This document shows positions 17,878 through 27,229 of a stretch of DNA of 32,000 nt, one piece after another (position 1 is the first letter of the stretch; every line of letters begins with the position of its first letter). The DNA comes from Candidatus Kuenenia stuttgartensis (GTDB taxonomy: Bacteria; Planctomycetota; Brocadiia; Brocadiales; Brocadiaceae), in assembly GCF_900232105.1 (NCBI RefSeq), contig NZ_LT934425.1:1710001-1742000 (forward strand), in the 5' to 3' direction. A model generated the notes under the pieces. The model made no database searches and was not told where the DNA came from. It was given only the letters and a program-made list of their open reading frames with translations. The position numbers and the translations under genes were made by a program.

Positions 17878-19221
17878 CTATATTGTGCCAAAAAGTGTAA
17901 GGTCTGTTGCTTCATTTATTGTTATATCCACAAGTGTGCCCACCAGCGCTGGTTGTCCCTTGAACACAACAATATTGTTCTGCCGCGTCCTGCCGGAGAG
18001 TTTGTTGGGGTCTGATTTGCTTGCGCCTTCGACAAGCACCTGCAGCTTCCTGCCAATCAGTTTTTTATTTTCTTCAAGGCTGATTTTCTTTTGCAAATCC
18101 AGTAGCGTTGTATTTCTTTTTTTCTTTATTTCATCAGGCACGTCGTCTGTCAGTTCTGCAGCCTTAGTGCCTGTGCGGGTTGAATACTTGAATATGAAGC
18201 TGTTTTGAAAGCGAATGTCTTCCATTAAACACACGGTTTCCTGAAAATCTTCTTCCGTTTCTCCCGGAAAACCTACAATGAAATCGCCTGCCACTTTAAT
18301 AGTGGGCATGAGGTCCCTCGCGTATTGTATGAGTTCTCGGTAATAACCTGCCGTATAACCACGATGCATTTTTTTTAGTATCCGGTCTGATCCGGACTGT
18401 GCAGGCATGTGTAAATATTCACAGGCTTTATCAAGTTGGCTCATGGTGCGGATAAGGTCGCGGGACATGTCTTTTGGGTGTGAAGTTACAAATCGTAGCC
18501 GTTCGAGTTTTTCGATGCCATTCAATTCAATAAGGAGGTCTCCAAGGGTGATGTTCCCCGGCAAACTCTTTCCGTATGAATTTATGTTTTGCCCGAGTAG
18601 GGTAATTTCCCTGCAACCGTTTGAAACAAGCTCCAACACTTCTCGCTCAACGTCAGCAATTGTCCTGCTGACCTCCCTACCCCGTACATAGGGAACAATA
18701 CAGTAGGAACAGTAATTATCGCATCCTCTCATAACGGTGACGAATGCCTGATAGACGTTTGGCCGGTATGCGGCAATTCTTTTTACATCAACAATTTCAT
18801 CCTCATCTACAGCAAGAACGTGGTTGCCATGGTTCCTGATCTTCAAAAGTAATTCAGGCAGCCGGGTAAACATCCTGGTACCGCAGACCAGATCAACGTG
18901 GGGCATGCGTTTGAAAATAGATTGTGCGTCCTTTTGCGCCATGCAGCCAAGTACGCCTATGATTACATCGGGATGTTTTTTCTTGAGGGTTCTCAATGCG
19001 CCAAGATGTGAATATACCTTGTCCTCAGCGTGCTGGCGCACACTGCATGTATTGTATAAAATGACGTCCGCCTCTTCGACCTTGTCAACAATGCTGTAAC
19101 CGTCTTCCTGTAAAAGCCCCAATGACAATTCCGCATCGAGTTTGTTCATCTGGCATCCAAATGTTTCAAAGAAAACAGTTTTATACTGCCGTTCGTTTTT
19201 ATAATCGACCAGGTTAATCAT
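17878..19221 (-). CDS. miaB: tRNA-2-methylthio-N6-dimethylallyladenosine synthase
   Basis: 447 aa: TFGCQMNKLDAE, NTCSVRQHAE, GCMAQ, radical SAM motif RGCDNYCSYCIVPYVRGREVSR, GFPGETEEDF, C-terminal TRAM-like region. Confidence 0.96.
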   Translation of the reverse strand: MINLVDYKNERQYKTVFFETFGCQMNKLDAELSLGLLQEDGYSIVDKVEEADVILYNTCSVRQHAEDKVYSHLGALRTLKKKHPDVIIGVLGCMAQKDAQSIFKRMPHVDLVCGTRMFTRLPELLLKIRNHGNHVLAVDEDEIVDVKRIAAYRPNVYQAFVTVMRGCDNYCSYCIVPYVRGREVSRTIADVEREVLELVSNGCREITLLGQNINSYGKSLPGNITLGDLLIELNGIEKLERLRFVTSHPKDMSRDLIRTMSQLDKACEYLHMPAQSGSDRILKKMHRGYTAGYYRELIQYARDLMPTIKVAGDFIVGFPGETEEDFQETVCLMEDIRFQNSFIFKYSTRTGTKAAELTDDVPDEIKKKRNTTLLDLQKKISLEENKKLIGRKLQVLVEGASKSDPNKLSGRTRQNNIVVFKGQPALVGTLVDITINEATDLTLFGTI

Positions 19222-19277
19222 GACAGATAAATAGTGTGCAAAATTGATTAAACGTATAAAAATTTCAAACCATTCTT

Positions 19278-19305
19278 GTAGGGGTGTATTGCAATACGCC
19301 CCTAC
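19278..19305. repeat. Near-perfect 28-nt palindrome
   Basis: GTAGGGGTGTATTG|CAATACGCCCCTAC with one mismatched (G-T) pair. Confidence 0.8.
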
Positions 19306-19430
19306 GTCGGCAAAAACAAAAGTTGCGATTCAATTTTAACTAACTTTAAAAAGGAATCCAAACAGATTTCCCCCATTTCATTCATTCTGTTTGACTTTTA
19401 TTCTTTCATTGGCGATAATCAGGCCAAATA

Positions 19431-19991
19431 ATGGAACAGGAAAAGATATTGGTTAAAACAAAAAATCTTAACAGTGCTAATACTGCGCTGCTTATTTGTG
19501 ATATGCTCAATGATTTCGTTAAAAAAGGCGCTTCGCTGGAAGTGCCGGCAGCAAGGGACATTATTCCCGGAATAAAAAAGGAAATACTGTCGGCGAGAAA
19601 ATCAGGCATTCCGGTTATTTATTGTTGTGACGCTCACATAAAAAATGATCCGGAGTTTTCCTTATGGCCGGAACATGCCGTTGAAGGAACAGAAGGGGCG
19701 TGTATAGTTAAGGAACTGGCGCCGGGGAAAGATGATTTTCTCGTTACCAAGAAGCGCTACTCATGTTTTTACAAAACATCATTGCAAAAAGTATTAAAAC
19801 AGTTTGGTGCAACGCATTTGATAATTACAGGGGTGGTTACTAATATTTGCGTATTGTACACAGTTTGTGATGCATATATGAGGGGCTACGCGGTGACTAT
19901 TCCGCAAAATTGTGTAGCTGCGCTTACTAAAAAAGATCATGTATATGCACTGCAACAAATGAAGCGTATTTTTAACGCGAAGATACGATAA
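19431..19991 (+). CDS. Cysteine hydrolase, isochorismatase/nicotinamidase family
   Basis: ALLICDMLNDFV (Asp), VTKKRYSCF (Lys), LIITGVVTNICVLYTVCDAYMRGY (Cys). Confidence 0.9.
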   Translation: MEQEKILVKTKNLNSANTALLICDMLNDFVKKGASLEVPAARDIIPGIKKEILSARKSGIPVIYCCDAHIKNDPEFSLWPEHAVEGTEGACIVKELAPGKDDFLVTKKRYSCFYKTSLQKVLKQFGATHLIITGVVTNICVLYTVCDAYMRGYAVTIPQNCVAALTKKDHVYALQQMKRIFNAKIR

Positions 19992-20031
19992 TGTGTAACA
20001 CTTGTAAATTAATTGCATAAAAACTAACACT

Positions 20032-21168
20032 ATGGGAATGTTTAGCCTTATCGCAATCCTGATTAGCCTTGCAGCTATTTTCAGCTACATAAACTTTCGC
20101 CTCATAAAGCTTCCCACCACTATCGGTATTTTGCTGATAACAATTCTCACTTCTTTGGTCATTGTAATATTGGGGCTGTTCGGGTTGGGAGAAATCCATG
20201 TGAAAGCGGCATATGCTTTGAACCGGATTGACTTTAATAAAACGCTTATGAACGGCATGCTCAGTTTTCTCCTTTTTGCGGGGGCGTTACATGTCAACCT
20301 GGAAGACCTCTCAAAACATAAGTATATCATTATTATTCTGGCGACATTTGGAATTATAGCAAATACTTTTATTGTGGGCAGTCTGGCATGGCTGGTATTT
20401 GCGCTGGTGAATATCAAGTTATCCTACATTTACTGCCTTTTGTTTGGAGCGCTCATCGCCCCGACAGACCCTATCGCAGTTATTGGCATACTGAAGAAAG
20501 CGGGGGTTTCCAAGAGCCTTGAAACAAAAATCACAGGCGAGAGCCTTTTCAATGACGGAGTTGCGGTAGTTGTATTTTTAATCCTTTTGGAAATTGCAAC
20601 CGGTGGGCACGAAGTGACCTTTCAGCACATCTCCTTTCTCTTTATCGAGGAAGCGGTCGGAGGAATCGTTTTTGGGTTTGTGACTGGCATGATCGCTTTT
20701 TTTATGCTTAAGGCAGTTGATAACTATCAGGTAGAGATACTTGTTACCCTTGCGATGAGCGAGAAAACACGCGGCCACCTGGACTCTTTTTGGGAGTTGA
20801 TCGATGAAGTATTAAACGCGGTTCTTTTCCTCATGATCGGGATGGAAGTGCTGGTGGTTACCATAAAAATAAATTACCTGATTGCCGGGCTTATAATGAT
20901 TCCTATCGTGTTGATAGCCCGTTTTATAAGTGTGGGTGTGCCGGTGACGCTCATGCGTTTTCTGAAAGAATTCAGTCCGAATGCCATAAAAATCCTCACA
21001 TGGGGCGGATTGCGCGGCGGTATCTCCGTAGCGCTTGCCCTGTCGCTTCCTGCAGGGGAATCGAGGGAGGTCTTATTGACAATAACTTACATAATCGTCG
21101 TGTTTTCAATAGTAGCCCAGGGGTTAACCATCGGGCATTATGTATCTTCCCTGAAAACTACGGAGTAA
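20032..21168 (+). CDS. Cation:proton antiporter (CPA1/NhaP-type)
   Basis: 378 aa multi-TM: [45 protein letters not shown] and [18 protein letters not shown]. Confidence 0.93.
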   Translation: MGMFSLIAILISLAAIFSYINFRLIKLPTTIGILLITILTSLVIVILGLFGLGEIHVKAAYALNRIDFNKTLMNGMLSFLLFAGALHVNLEDLSKHKYIIIILATFGIIANTFIVGSLAWLVFALVNIKLSYIYCLLFGALIAPTDPIAVIGILKKAGVSKSLETKITGESLFNDGVAVVVFLILLEIATGGHEVTFQHISFLFIEEAVGGIVFGFVTGMIAFFMLKAVDNYQVEILVTLAMSEKTRGHLDSFWELIDEVLNAVLFLMIGMEVLVVTIKINYLIAGLIMIPIVLIARFISVGVPVTLMRFLKEFSPNAIKILTWGGLRGGISVALALSLPAGESREVLLTITYIIVVFSIVAQGLTIGHYVSSLKTTE

Positions 21169-21273
21169 TTTTTAAAATGTCGGATGTGTAGAACCGTCGG
21201 AAATGTTCGTGCCTTCCCAGTAAGTTGAGGTAAACAGCCCCCCTGGTCTCCTTTATTAATGGGGAATACTGTA

Positions 21274-21322
21274 CAGTCGGCAATCGGCAATCTACAGTCG
21301 GCAAACTGCAAATTGCGGACGG
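21274..21322 (+). repeat. Degenerate heptameric repeat array related to 6971-7054
   Basis: CAGTCGG CAATCGG CAATCTA CAGTCGG CAAACTG CAAATTG CGGACGG. Confidence 0.85.
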
Positions 21323-21345
21323 TGAAAGATAGTTGCGAATATTTG

Positions 21346-21960
21346 TTACTCTTTCTTAACACTCGAAATACTTACCTGTGGATTAAGTGTTGGTGTAAAA
21401 TTGTCCGGGAGGAGGTATTTTTCGGGCAATTTTATTTTTTTTGCCAATTCTTCAAGATTATTCACGCCGAGTTCATTGTATGCATGGAGCAGGATTTTTG
21501 CACATGCCACGGCGTCTTCTTCTGCGTCATGGTGTTTGAACTCAATTTCAAGATATCGGGAAATTTTATTAAGTGCGTATCCAAGAAGCCCCGGCCAAAC
21601 ACGTTTGGCTATTGCAAGGGTGCAAAAATAATTGAGAGGCGGGTAAGGTATTTTGTACACATCGAGAATGCAGCACAATACACTCATATCAAAACTTGCA
21701 TTATGGGCGACGAGATAACTGCCTTCCAGGAACGGAAATATTTCGTCCCACAATTGATAAAATTCCGGTTTGTCTTCTACATCTTTTGCTGAGATCCCGT
21801 GGATATATGTACTAAACGGATCAAAGTAAAGCTCCGGTGGCCTGATAAGCCATGACGTCCTTTTTACAATCGTTTGTTCTTCAATTATCGCCAATCCCAA
21901 AGAACAAACACTGGAACGCTTTGCATTTGCCGTCTCAAAATCTATCGCAACACATTTCAT
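21346..21960 (-). CDS. DnaQ-like/DEDD 3'-5' exonuclease domain protein
   Basis: 204 aa: VAIDFETANAKRSSVCSLGLA (Exo I), LVAHNASFDMSVL (Exo II), HHDAEEDAVACAKIL (Exo III). Confidence 0.9.
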   Translation of the reverse strand: MKCVAIDFETANAKRSSVCSLGLAIIEEQTIVKRTSWLIRPPELYFDPFSTYIHGISAKDVEDKPEFYQLWDEIFPFLEGSYLVAHNASFDMSVLCCILDVYKIPYPPLNYFCTLAIAKRVWPGLLGYALNKISRYLEIEFKHHDAEEDAVACAKILLHAYNELGVNNLEELAKKIKLPEKYLLPDNFTPTLNPQVSISSVKKE

Positions 21961-22143
21961 TTGTTTTCTAAAGAAGCAAAAATAGCACTGTATCCTTCAA
22001 ACGGTTTTTATAAAAGATAAAATCATAACACACAACAGAATCAAAAATCTATTACGTTCTTAAAAAAAAGTATCTGGTAATAAATGTAGCGGACACCAAA
22101 TGGATTGCCCAGTGGGTATTGCGTGCTTTTTCAGTAATGAGTT

Positions 22144-22999
22144 TTAAAATGGAATATGAAATAAAACCAATTGAATTCCAGCCGCGCTTTCAATATAGCT
22201 GGTGACTGTTGAAGTGCCTGGTATTGCGCCGCTTATTGTTCCCATTGCGTCCGATAGAAACACTCGTTTTATCCGTGGGATTTTTCCGTTTTTATAGAAT
22301 CCCCCTTGTTCCCCAACTCCGACTACCGTTCCTACGGTATCAAAAAGGTCTAAAAAGAAAAAAACAAAAACGATGGAAATAAGCCCTGGGTGAGTCAGTA
22401 TTTTAACGGGGTCGCATTTTAATAATGTCGGTTCTATTGAGGGTGGCATGCTGACAATACCCTGATAATGTACCAACCCGAGGGGGACCCCTATGAATGT
22501 CCATACAAGATTGCTCCCCGGATTTTAAGGGCCACCATTGTTCCTATTGCAATGACGCCAAACAGCGGTAACCACATTTCCGGCGATTTAGGGTCGCCGA
22601 GTCCAACAAGGACGCCAGGTTTATCCACAATAATTCCGCCATATCAAACCCTACCAGCGCAATCAACAATCCGATTCCAACGGCAATGGCGCTTTTTAAC
22701 GAATCGGGTATGATAAATATTACCAGTTCACGCAATCCGAAAAACGACAGAATAAGTAATAAGTAATAAAACGCCGGCGGTATGGGATAATTGGCAAGAA
22801 GTGCCATGAGTATGCACGCAAATGCACTGGAAATGCACGTCGCCGTCATGACAGCACCAAAATCCATCCCGCAACCGGAAAGTACCGCAGGCTGGACGAA
22901 TATGATGTATGACATTGTCAAAAACGTAGTCGAGCCTGCAACCGTCTCCGTGCTGGTGTTCGTGCCGTTTTGCCGGAGTTTAAATATTTTTCCGGGCAT
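22144..22999 (-). pseudogene. Decayed NCS2-family xanthine/guanine/uracil-type permease
   Basis: Family-like pieces lie in at least two frames: TEVVAGSTTFLTMSYIIFVQP-like start at 22999, GIIVDKPGVLVGLGDPKSPEMWLPLFGVIAIGTMVALKIRGAIL in another frame, then VFFFLDLFDTVGTVVGV...GTSTVTSYIESAAGI. An internal segment after LLANYPI and the C-terminus are missing. Confidence 0.88.
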
Positions 23000-23789
23000 T
23001 CATTTTTACCTTGTTCCAGAGAGCATCCAATTCTTCTATCGAACACTGTTCAATATCTTTTCCGCAGGAAGCAAGTTCTTTTTCTATTTTTTTAAAGCGG
23101 TCTACAAATTTATATATGGTTTTATGAAGTATATTTTCTGTGTCAAACTGTAAAAAACGGGAAAGATTCACCACGGAAAACAAAAGATCTCCGATTTCTT
23201 CCTCCATGTCTTTTGTTTCTTTCTTTGCGATAGCCTCTTTAACTTCCTCCATTTCTTCTTCCACTTTTGCTATGACATCGTTTATATCTTTCCAGTCAAA
23301 TCCCACTTTTGCCGCCTTCTTCTGTACTTTTTGCGCTTTTTGAAGCGCGGGAAGATGCTTTGGCAGTCCATCAACAGCAGATTTTCGTTCTTCGTATCCC
23401 TTCTCCTGTTTTTTAATCGCCTCCCACTGCTGAACCACTTCTTCTGAAGTAGATGCTGTCGAATCGCCAAAAACATGGGGATGGCGGCGCATCATTTTGT
23501 CCAGACATAATTTCATTACATCGTTGATATCAAACTCTTTTTTTTCCCTTGCAATTTGACAGTGGAAGATAATTTGCAGAAACAGGTCCGCCAGTTCCTC
23601 TTTAAGTTTGTCCGGTATGCCTGAATCTATTGCATCGATTACTTCGTATGTCTCTTCCACCAAATAGGGTTTTAAGGTTACATGGTTTTGTTCTTTATCC
23701 CACGGGCAGCCGTCCTTGCCGCGTAACCTTTCCATCAGTTCCACCATGTCATAGAATAAAGAAATAGAGGTATCCTTTTTCACTCTCAT
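22980..23789 (-). CDS. mazG: Nucleoside triphosphate pyrophosphohydrolase MazG
   Basis: MRLRGKDGCPWDKEQNHVTLKPYLVEETYEVIDAIDSG...EELADLFLQIIFHCQIA-type motifs plus a second EEEMEEVKEAI...EEEIGDLLFSVVNLSRF module. ATG 23789 preceded by GGAAGG. Confidence 0.95.
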   Translation of the reverse strand: MRVKKDTSISLFYDMVELMERLRGKDGCPWDKEQNHVTLKPYLVEETYEVIDAIDSGIPDKLKEELADLFLQIIFHCQIAREKKEFDINDVMKLCLDKMMRRHPHVFGDSTASTSEEVVQQWEAIKKQEKGYEERKSAVDGLPKHLPALQKAQKVQKKAAKVGFDWKDINDVIAKVEEEMEEVKEAIAKKETKDMEEEIGDLLFSVVNLSRFLQFDTENILHKTIYKFVDRFKKIEKELASCGKDIEQCSIEELDALWNKVKMNARKNI

Positions 23790-24066
23790 TTCATCCCTTC
23801 CGGAAATATTTGCAAAAACTCCATTTTTCAAGGTGGTTATAATAACCTTTTAATTAATGGATAGTCAAACAAATCGTTACATTTTAGTTTTTAGAAAAAT
23901 GAATAGTAGGGACGAAGTATTTGCCCCTTACCCTTATATGCGAATATCTATAAGGGCTTCCGTAACAGGCGCTTTAGCCAAGATAGGGTATTTAATCACT
24001 CATGTTCTTCAAAGTTAATGTTTATTTGAAACATTGCTTGTCATATGGAAACAGCTTTACATTGTT

Positions 24067-24345
24067 CTATTGCCTTTTACAAGAAACGGGCTTTTTATTT
24101 AAACTTTTAATAAATAACACATATGTTGTGTATTTTTTTAGATAAAGAGCTAATTTGTCAATTAAATATAGTGAAAACCAGACAAATATCACCCAAAAAG
24201 CTTGAGAAATAAGGGTTGAGAACAGCATAAAATATGGTATCTTTGCAGAATCCTCGTGGATACCATACTTAATCTTTGAATATTCCAATTTTTTAGATGC
24301 CCCTTTTCTATGAAATTTTATTTGACTAAATTTTTCATAGTTCAT
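24067..24345 (-). CDS. Possible small membrane protein, start region antisense to the porin-like gene
   Basis: About 92 aa from an internal ATG with AAGGAA upstream and one hydrophobic segment (YFMLFSTLISQAFWVIFVWFSLYLI). No recognised family. Confidence 0.25.
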   Translation of the reverse strand: MNYEKFSQIKFHRKGASKKLEYSKIKYGIHEDSAKIPYFMLFSTLISQAFWVIFVWFSLYLIDKLALYLKKYTTYVLFIKSLNKKPVSCKRQ

Positions 24346-25464
24346 TCCTTCATTTTCTTTGCCTGTATAGTCTATGCGGAAAGGGATGAAAAGGAAGTTA
24401 TGCCGTCCGCGCCATTGAGTCTCCAGAAAGAAAGACGTAGCTTTTTCCCGCAGGATTTTTATTTTGACGTTGACGCCATTCTCCCGGAAAAAGATGACGA
24501 GAAGAAATTTGAGTTTCATGGTTTTTTTGCAATCACCACCCCAGTAAAAGGAAGAGATGATGATTCCCAGCAGCCTTCTTCAAAGTTTTTGGAGGGGAAT
24601 GAACTCGTTCTCTGGCTTGGCAAACGTATAACAAAAAAACTCTCTTTTGTATCAGAACTTGAGATTGAAGAGGGATTCAATCAATTTGAATTGGAAACAT
24701 TTCACTTTAATTATGAAATAGTAAGCGATGTACTGCAAATACGCGCAGGCAGGTTTTTGTATCCGTTTGGTATTGAGCGGTTTGCGGAAGAAGGCCCTTT
24801 TAACAAACTTGTGGACCGCCCTTTGCCTTCTATCAGGATTATTCCCGGAACATATTCAGACAATGGGGGAATGTTTTTTGGAACACTTCCTTTATTTTTA
24901 AATACACGGTTTAAATATGAATTCGCGATAACAAATGGACTCAAGGGCCCGGAACCAAATGATGTGCAGAAATTATGGGATAATAATAGCAGCAAGACCC
25001 TGGGGGGAAGAATCGCCTTCGAGTGTTTTCCGGGATTTGAAGTGGGCGGCTCATATTCAAGGGGAAAATATGATGAAAACAACAAACGGGATATAGATTT
25101 TTTAGGCGCTGATTTTCAGTTGAAAAGGGGAAATCTGGAAATCCGGGGGGAATATATTACAAGCAGGGTAGAACAAAAGGCAGAAGATGGGGGGAATTAT
25201 CACAGAAACGGCTATTACGTTCAAACTACTTACCGGTATCCCTTCGATCTGGATTATTTAAAATATCTTGAAGGGGTTTTGCGTTTCGATTCAGTGGATC
25301 CAAACAAAGATATTACAGACGGAAACGAAGCCGACCGGATTGCATTTGGAATAAACTATTCACCCATAAAACAGGTAATATTTAAGTTTGAATATGAAGT
25401 TGAAAATGAGGCGGGAGAAGGTATTCATGGCAAATCTTTTGTTCAGGCAATAGTTAAATGGTAA
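24310..25464 (+). CDS. Outer-membrane porin-like beta-barrel protein
   Basis: 384 aa: signal peptide-like MKFYLTKFFIVHSFIFFACIVYA, alternating amphipathic strands (LQIRAGRFLYPFGIERFAEEGPFNKLVDRPLPSIRIIPGTYSDNGG), C-terminal aromatic residue (...VQAIVKW). Confidence 0.75.
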   Translation: MKFYLTKFFIVHSFIFFACIVYAERDEKEVMPSAPLSLQKERRSFFPQDFYFDVDAILPEKDDEKKFEFHGFFAITTPVKGRDDDSQQPSSKFLEGNELVLWLGKRITKKLSFVSELEIEEGFNQFELETFHFNYEIVSDVLQIRAGRFLYPFGIERFAEEGPFNKLVDRPLPSIRIIPGTYSDNGGMFFGTLPLFLNTRFKYEFAITNGLKGPEPNDVQKLWDNNSSKTLGGRIAFECFPGFEVGGSYSRGKYDENNKRDIDFLGADFQLKRGNLEIRGEYITSRVEQKAEDGGNYHRNGYYVQTTYRYPFDLDYLKYLEGVLRFDSVDPNKDITDGNEADRIAFGINYSPIKQVIFKFEYEVENEAGEGIHGKSFVQAIVKW

Positions 25465-25647
25465 GGACTGGTTAATCAGAGGTCAGATTTTTGAAACAGC
25501 AACCTTGCAATGAATTTTATTTAAAATGTATAAACCCTTATTATTCATCCTTCGAGAACCTTACCTGATTAACGATAATGACCCCGCGCTATTTTCTGGT
25601 CGCCTGTTCGTCCTTGCTTTACCTTTTTCCACCACATAAAATAAATT

Positions 25648-27222
25648 ATGCCAAAATTTAAAAAAATATTACATCCTGAGAAATTTAATTTAATTTTATA
25701 CTACACCCTCACAAGCTTTGTAATCATTGTCATATTGAGTTTTGTTATCGGAAAAGTATTTGCCAGACTTGAATCCCAGGAATTGGTTAAGCGAAGCGAA
25801 AAGTACGCACATAATTTTATCACACACATAAATTATGAACTTTATAAAGACTTTCTTATTCCCACCCTGAAAAAATCGGGGAAAATCGATTTGGAAAATA
25901 ATCGAAGGCAATTGAGAAAATTAGACAATACCGTAAAAGAGAATTTGTACGGCTTAAATATAAAAAAACTGTATTTGTACGACCTTGAAGGAAATATTAT
26001 TTATAGCACCCTATCGGAACATATCGGGTTTGCTATAAACCGGGGTGAAAATAAAAAATTAGATTCTGCCATTAACGGCATTCCGGCTTCCGCGCTGCGT
26101 CTCTCGGGCACCGTGGATTCAAAAGGCGCCTACGTTCCGGAAACCTTGCTTGAAAGTTATTACCCCTTTTATGAAATGGATGCGGAGGGAACGAAAAAGG
26201 CGCAGGTTGGGGTATTGGAAATCTACCAGGACATGTCCGCGTTAAAAAAGCAAATCGCAAAGGCACATCAAAAGGCCACCCTCATGACAGGTTCCGCAAT
26301 GGGAGGGTTGTTCATAGCCCTCTATCTGATAGTTCTGAAGGCATCGAGAATTATTGATGCCAGAACACGGCAGTTAACAGAGGCACGCAATACCCTGGAA
26401 CAGAACGTTGAAGAACGAACCCTTGAAATAAGAGAGGCATATAAAAAATTGCAGCATACGCAGCGCAGGTTAGTACAATCTGAAAAATTGGCAAGCATCG
26501 GAACTCTTGCCACAGGACTTGCCCATGAAATAAATAATCCGCTTGCTTCCGTTGCGGGTTGTGCGGAAGGACTGAACGAAAGACTTATCTCAATACTAAA
26601 CCGTCCGGGAAAATATACTGAAAAAGAAGAACTGGAAATTTTCTCTGAATATTTAAAAATAATATCGAATGAAACATACCGTTGCAAATCGATAATCTCA
26701 AACTTACTAAATTTTTCCAGACAATCGGAACCTCATTTTGAGCGAATAGATATAAACAGTATTATCAAAAACACAATCGACTCCCTTCAGTATCACCAAC
26801 CTGAAAACAAGGCAAAACAGAAAATCCAGGTCAATCTGTCGGAAATGCCTTGCGAAATAATCGGAGATCCCCAACAAATAAAACAGGTTTTTATAAACTT
26901 AATCACAAACTCCTTCCATGCAACAGAAGCCGGCGGTGAAATTATTATTGCAACCCTACAGAAAGAAACAACCGTACAGATACTCTTCAGGGATACCGGT
27001 GTTGGCATTAAGCCCGAATATTTGAACAGGATATTCGACCCTTTTTTTACCACCAAACCAACGGAAAAAGGCACAGGAATCGGATTATCCATATGTTATG
27101 GTATCGTCGATATGCATAACGGAAGAATTGATGTGTTCAGCGAAGGTGAGGGAAGAGGCGCCGTCTTTGAAATCACCTTTCCATTAGCGGGAAAGCAAGA
27201 CAATGCAGAAAGGACAGGATAA
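25648..27222 (+). CDS. Membrane-bound sensor histidine kinase
   Basis: 524 aa: two TMs flanking a sensor region; H-box SIGTLATGLAHEINNPLASVAG; N/G boxes VFINLITNSFHATEAGG, DTGVGIKPEYLNRIFDPFFTTKPTEKGTGIGLSICYGIV. Confidence 0.95.
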   Translation: MPKFKKILHPEKFNLILYYTLTSFVIIVILSFVIGKVFARLESQELVKRSEKYAHNFITHINYELYKDFLIPTLKKSGKIDLENNRRQLRKLDNTVKENLYGLNIKKLYLYDLEGNIIYSTLSEHIGFAINRGENKKLDSAINGIPASALRLSGTVDSKGAYVPETLLESYYPFYEMDAEGTKKAQVGVLEIYQDMSALKKQIAKAHQKATLMTGSAMGGLFIALYLIVLKASRIIDARTRQLTEARNTLEQNVEERTLEIREAYKKLQHTQRRLVQSEKLASIGTLATGLAHEINNPLASVAGCAEGLNERLISILNRPGKYTEKEELEIFSEYLKIISNETYRCKSIISNLLNFSRQSEPHFERIDINSIIKNTIDSLQYHQPENKAKQKIQVNLSEMPCEIIGDPQQIKQVFINLITNSFHATEAGGEIIIATLQKETTVQILFRDTGVGIKPEYLNRIFDPFFTTKPTEKGTGIGLSICYGIVDMHNGRIDVFSEGEGRGAVFEITFPLAGKQDNAERTG

Positions 27223-27229
27223 TTGCCCT

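Noticed and set aside
21259-21792. 177-aa forward ORF antisense to the DEDD exonuclease
   Set aside because: Starts in the heptamer array and continues as an antisense shadow of a gene with all three exonuclease motifs.
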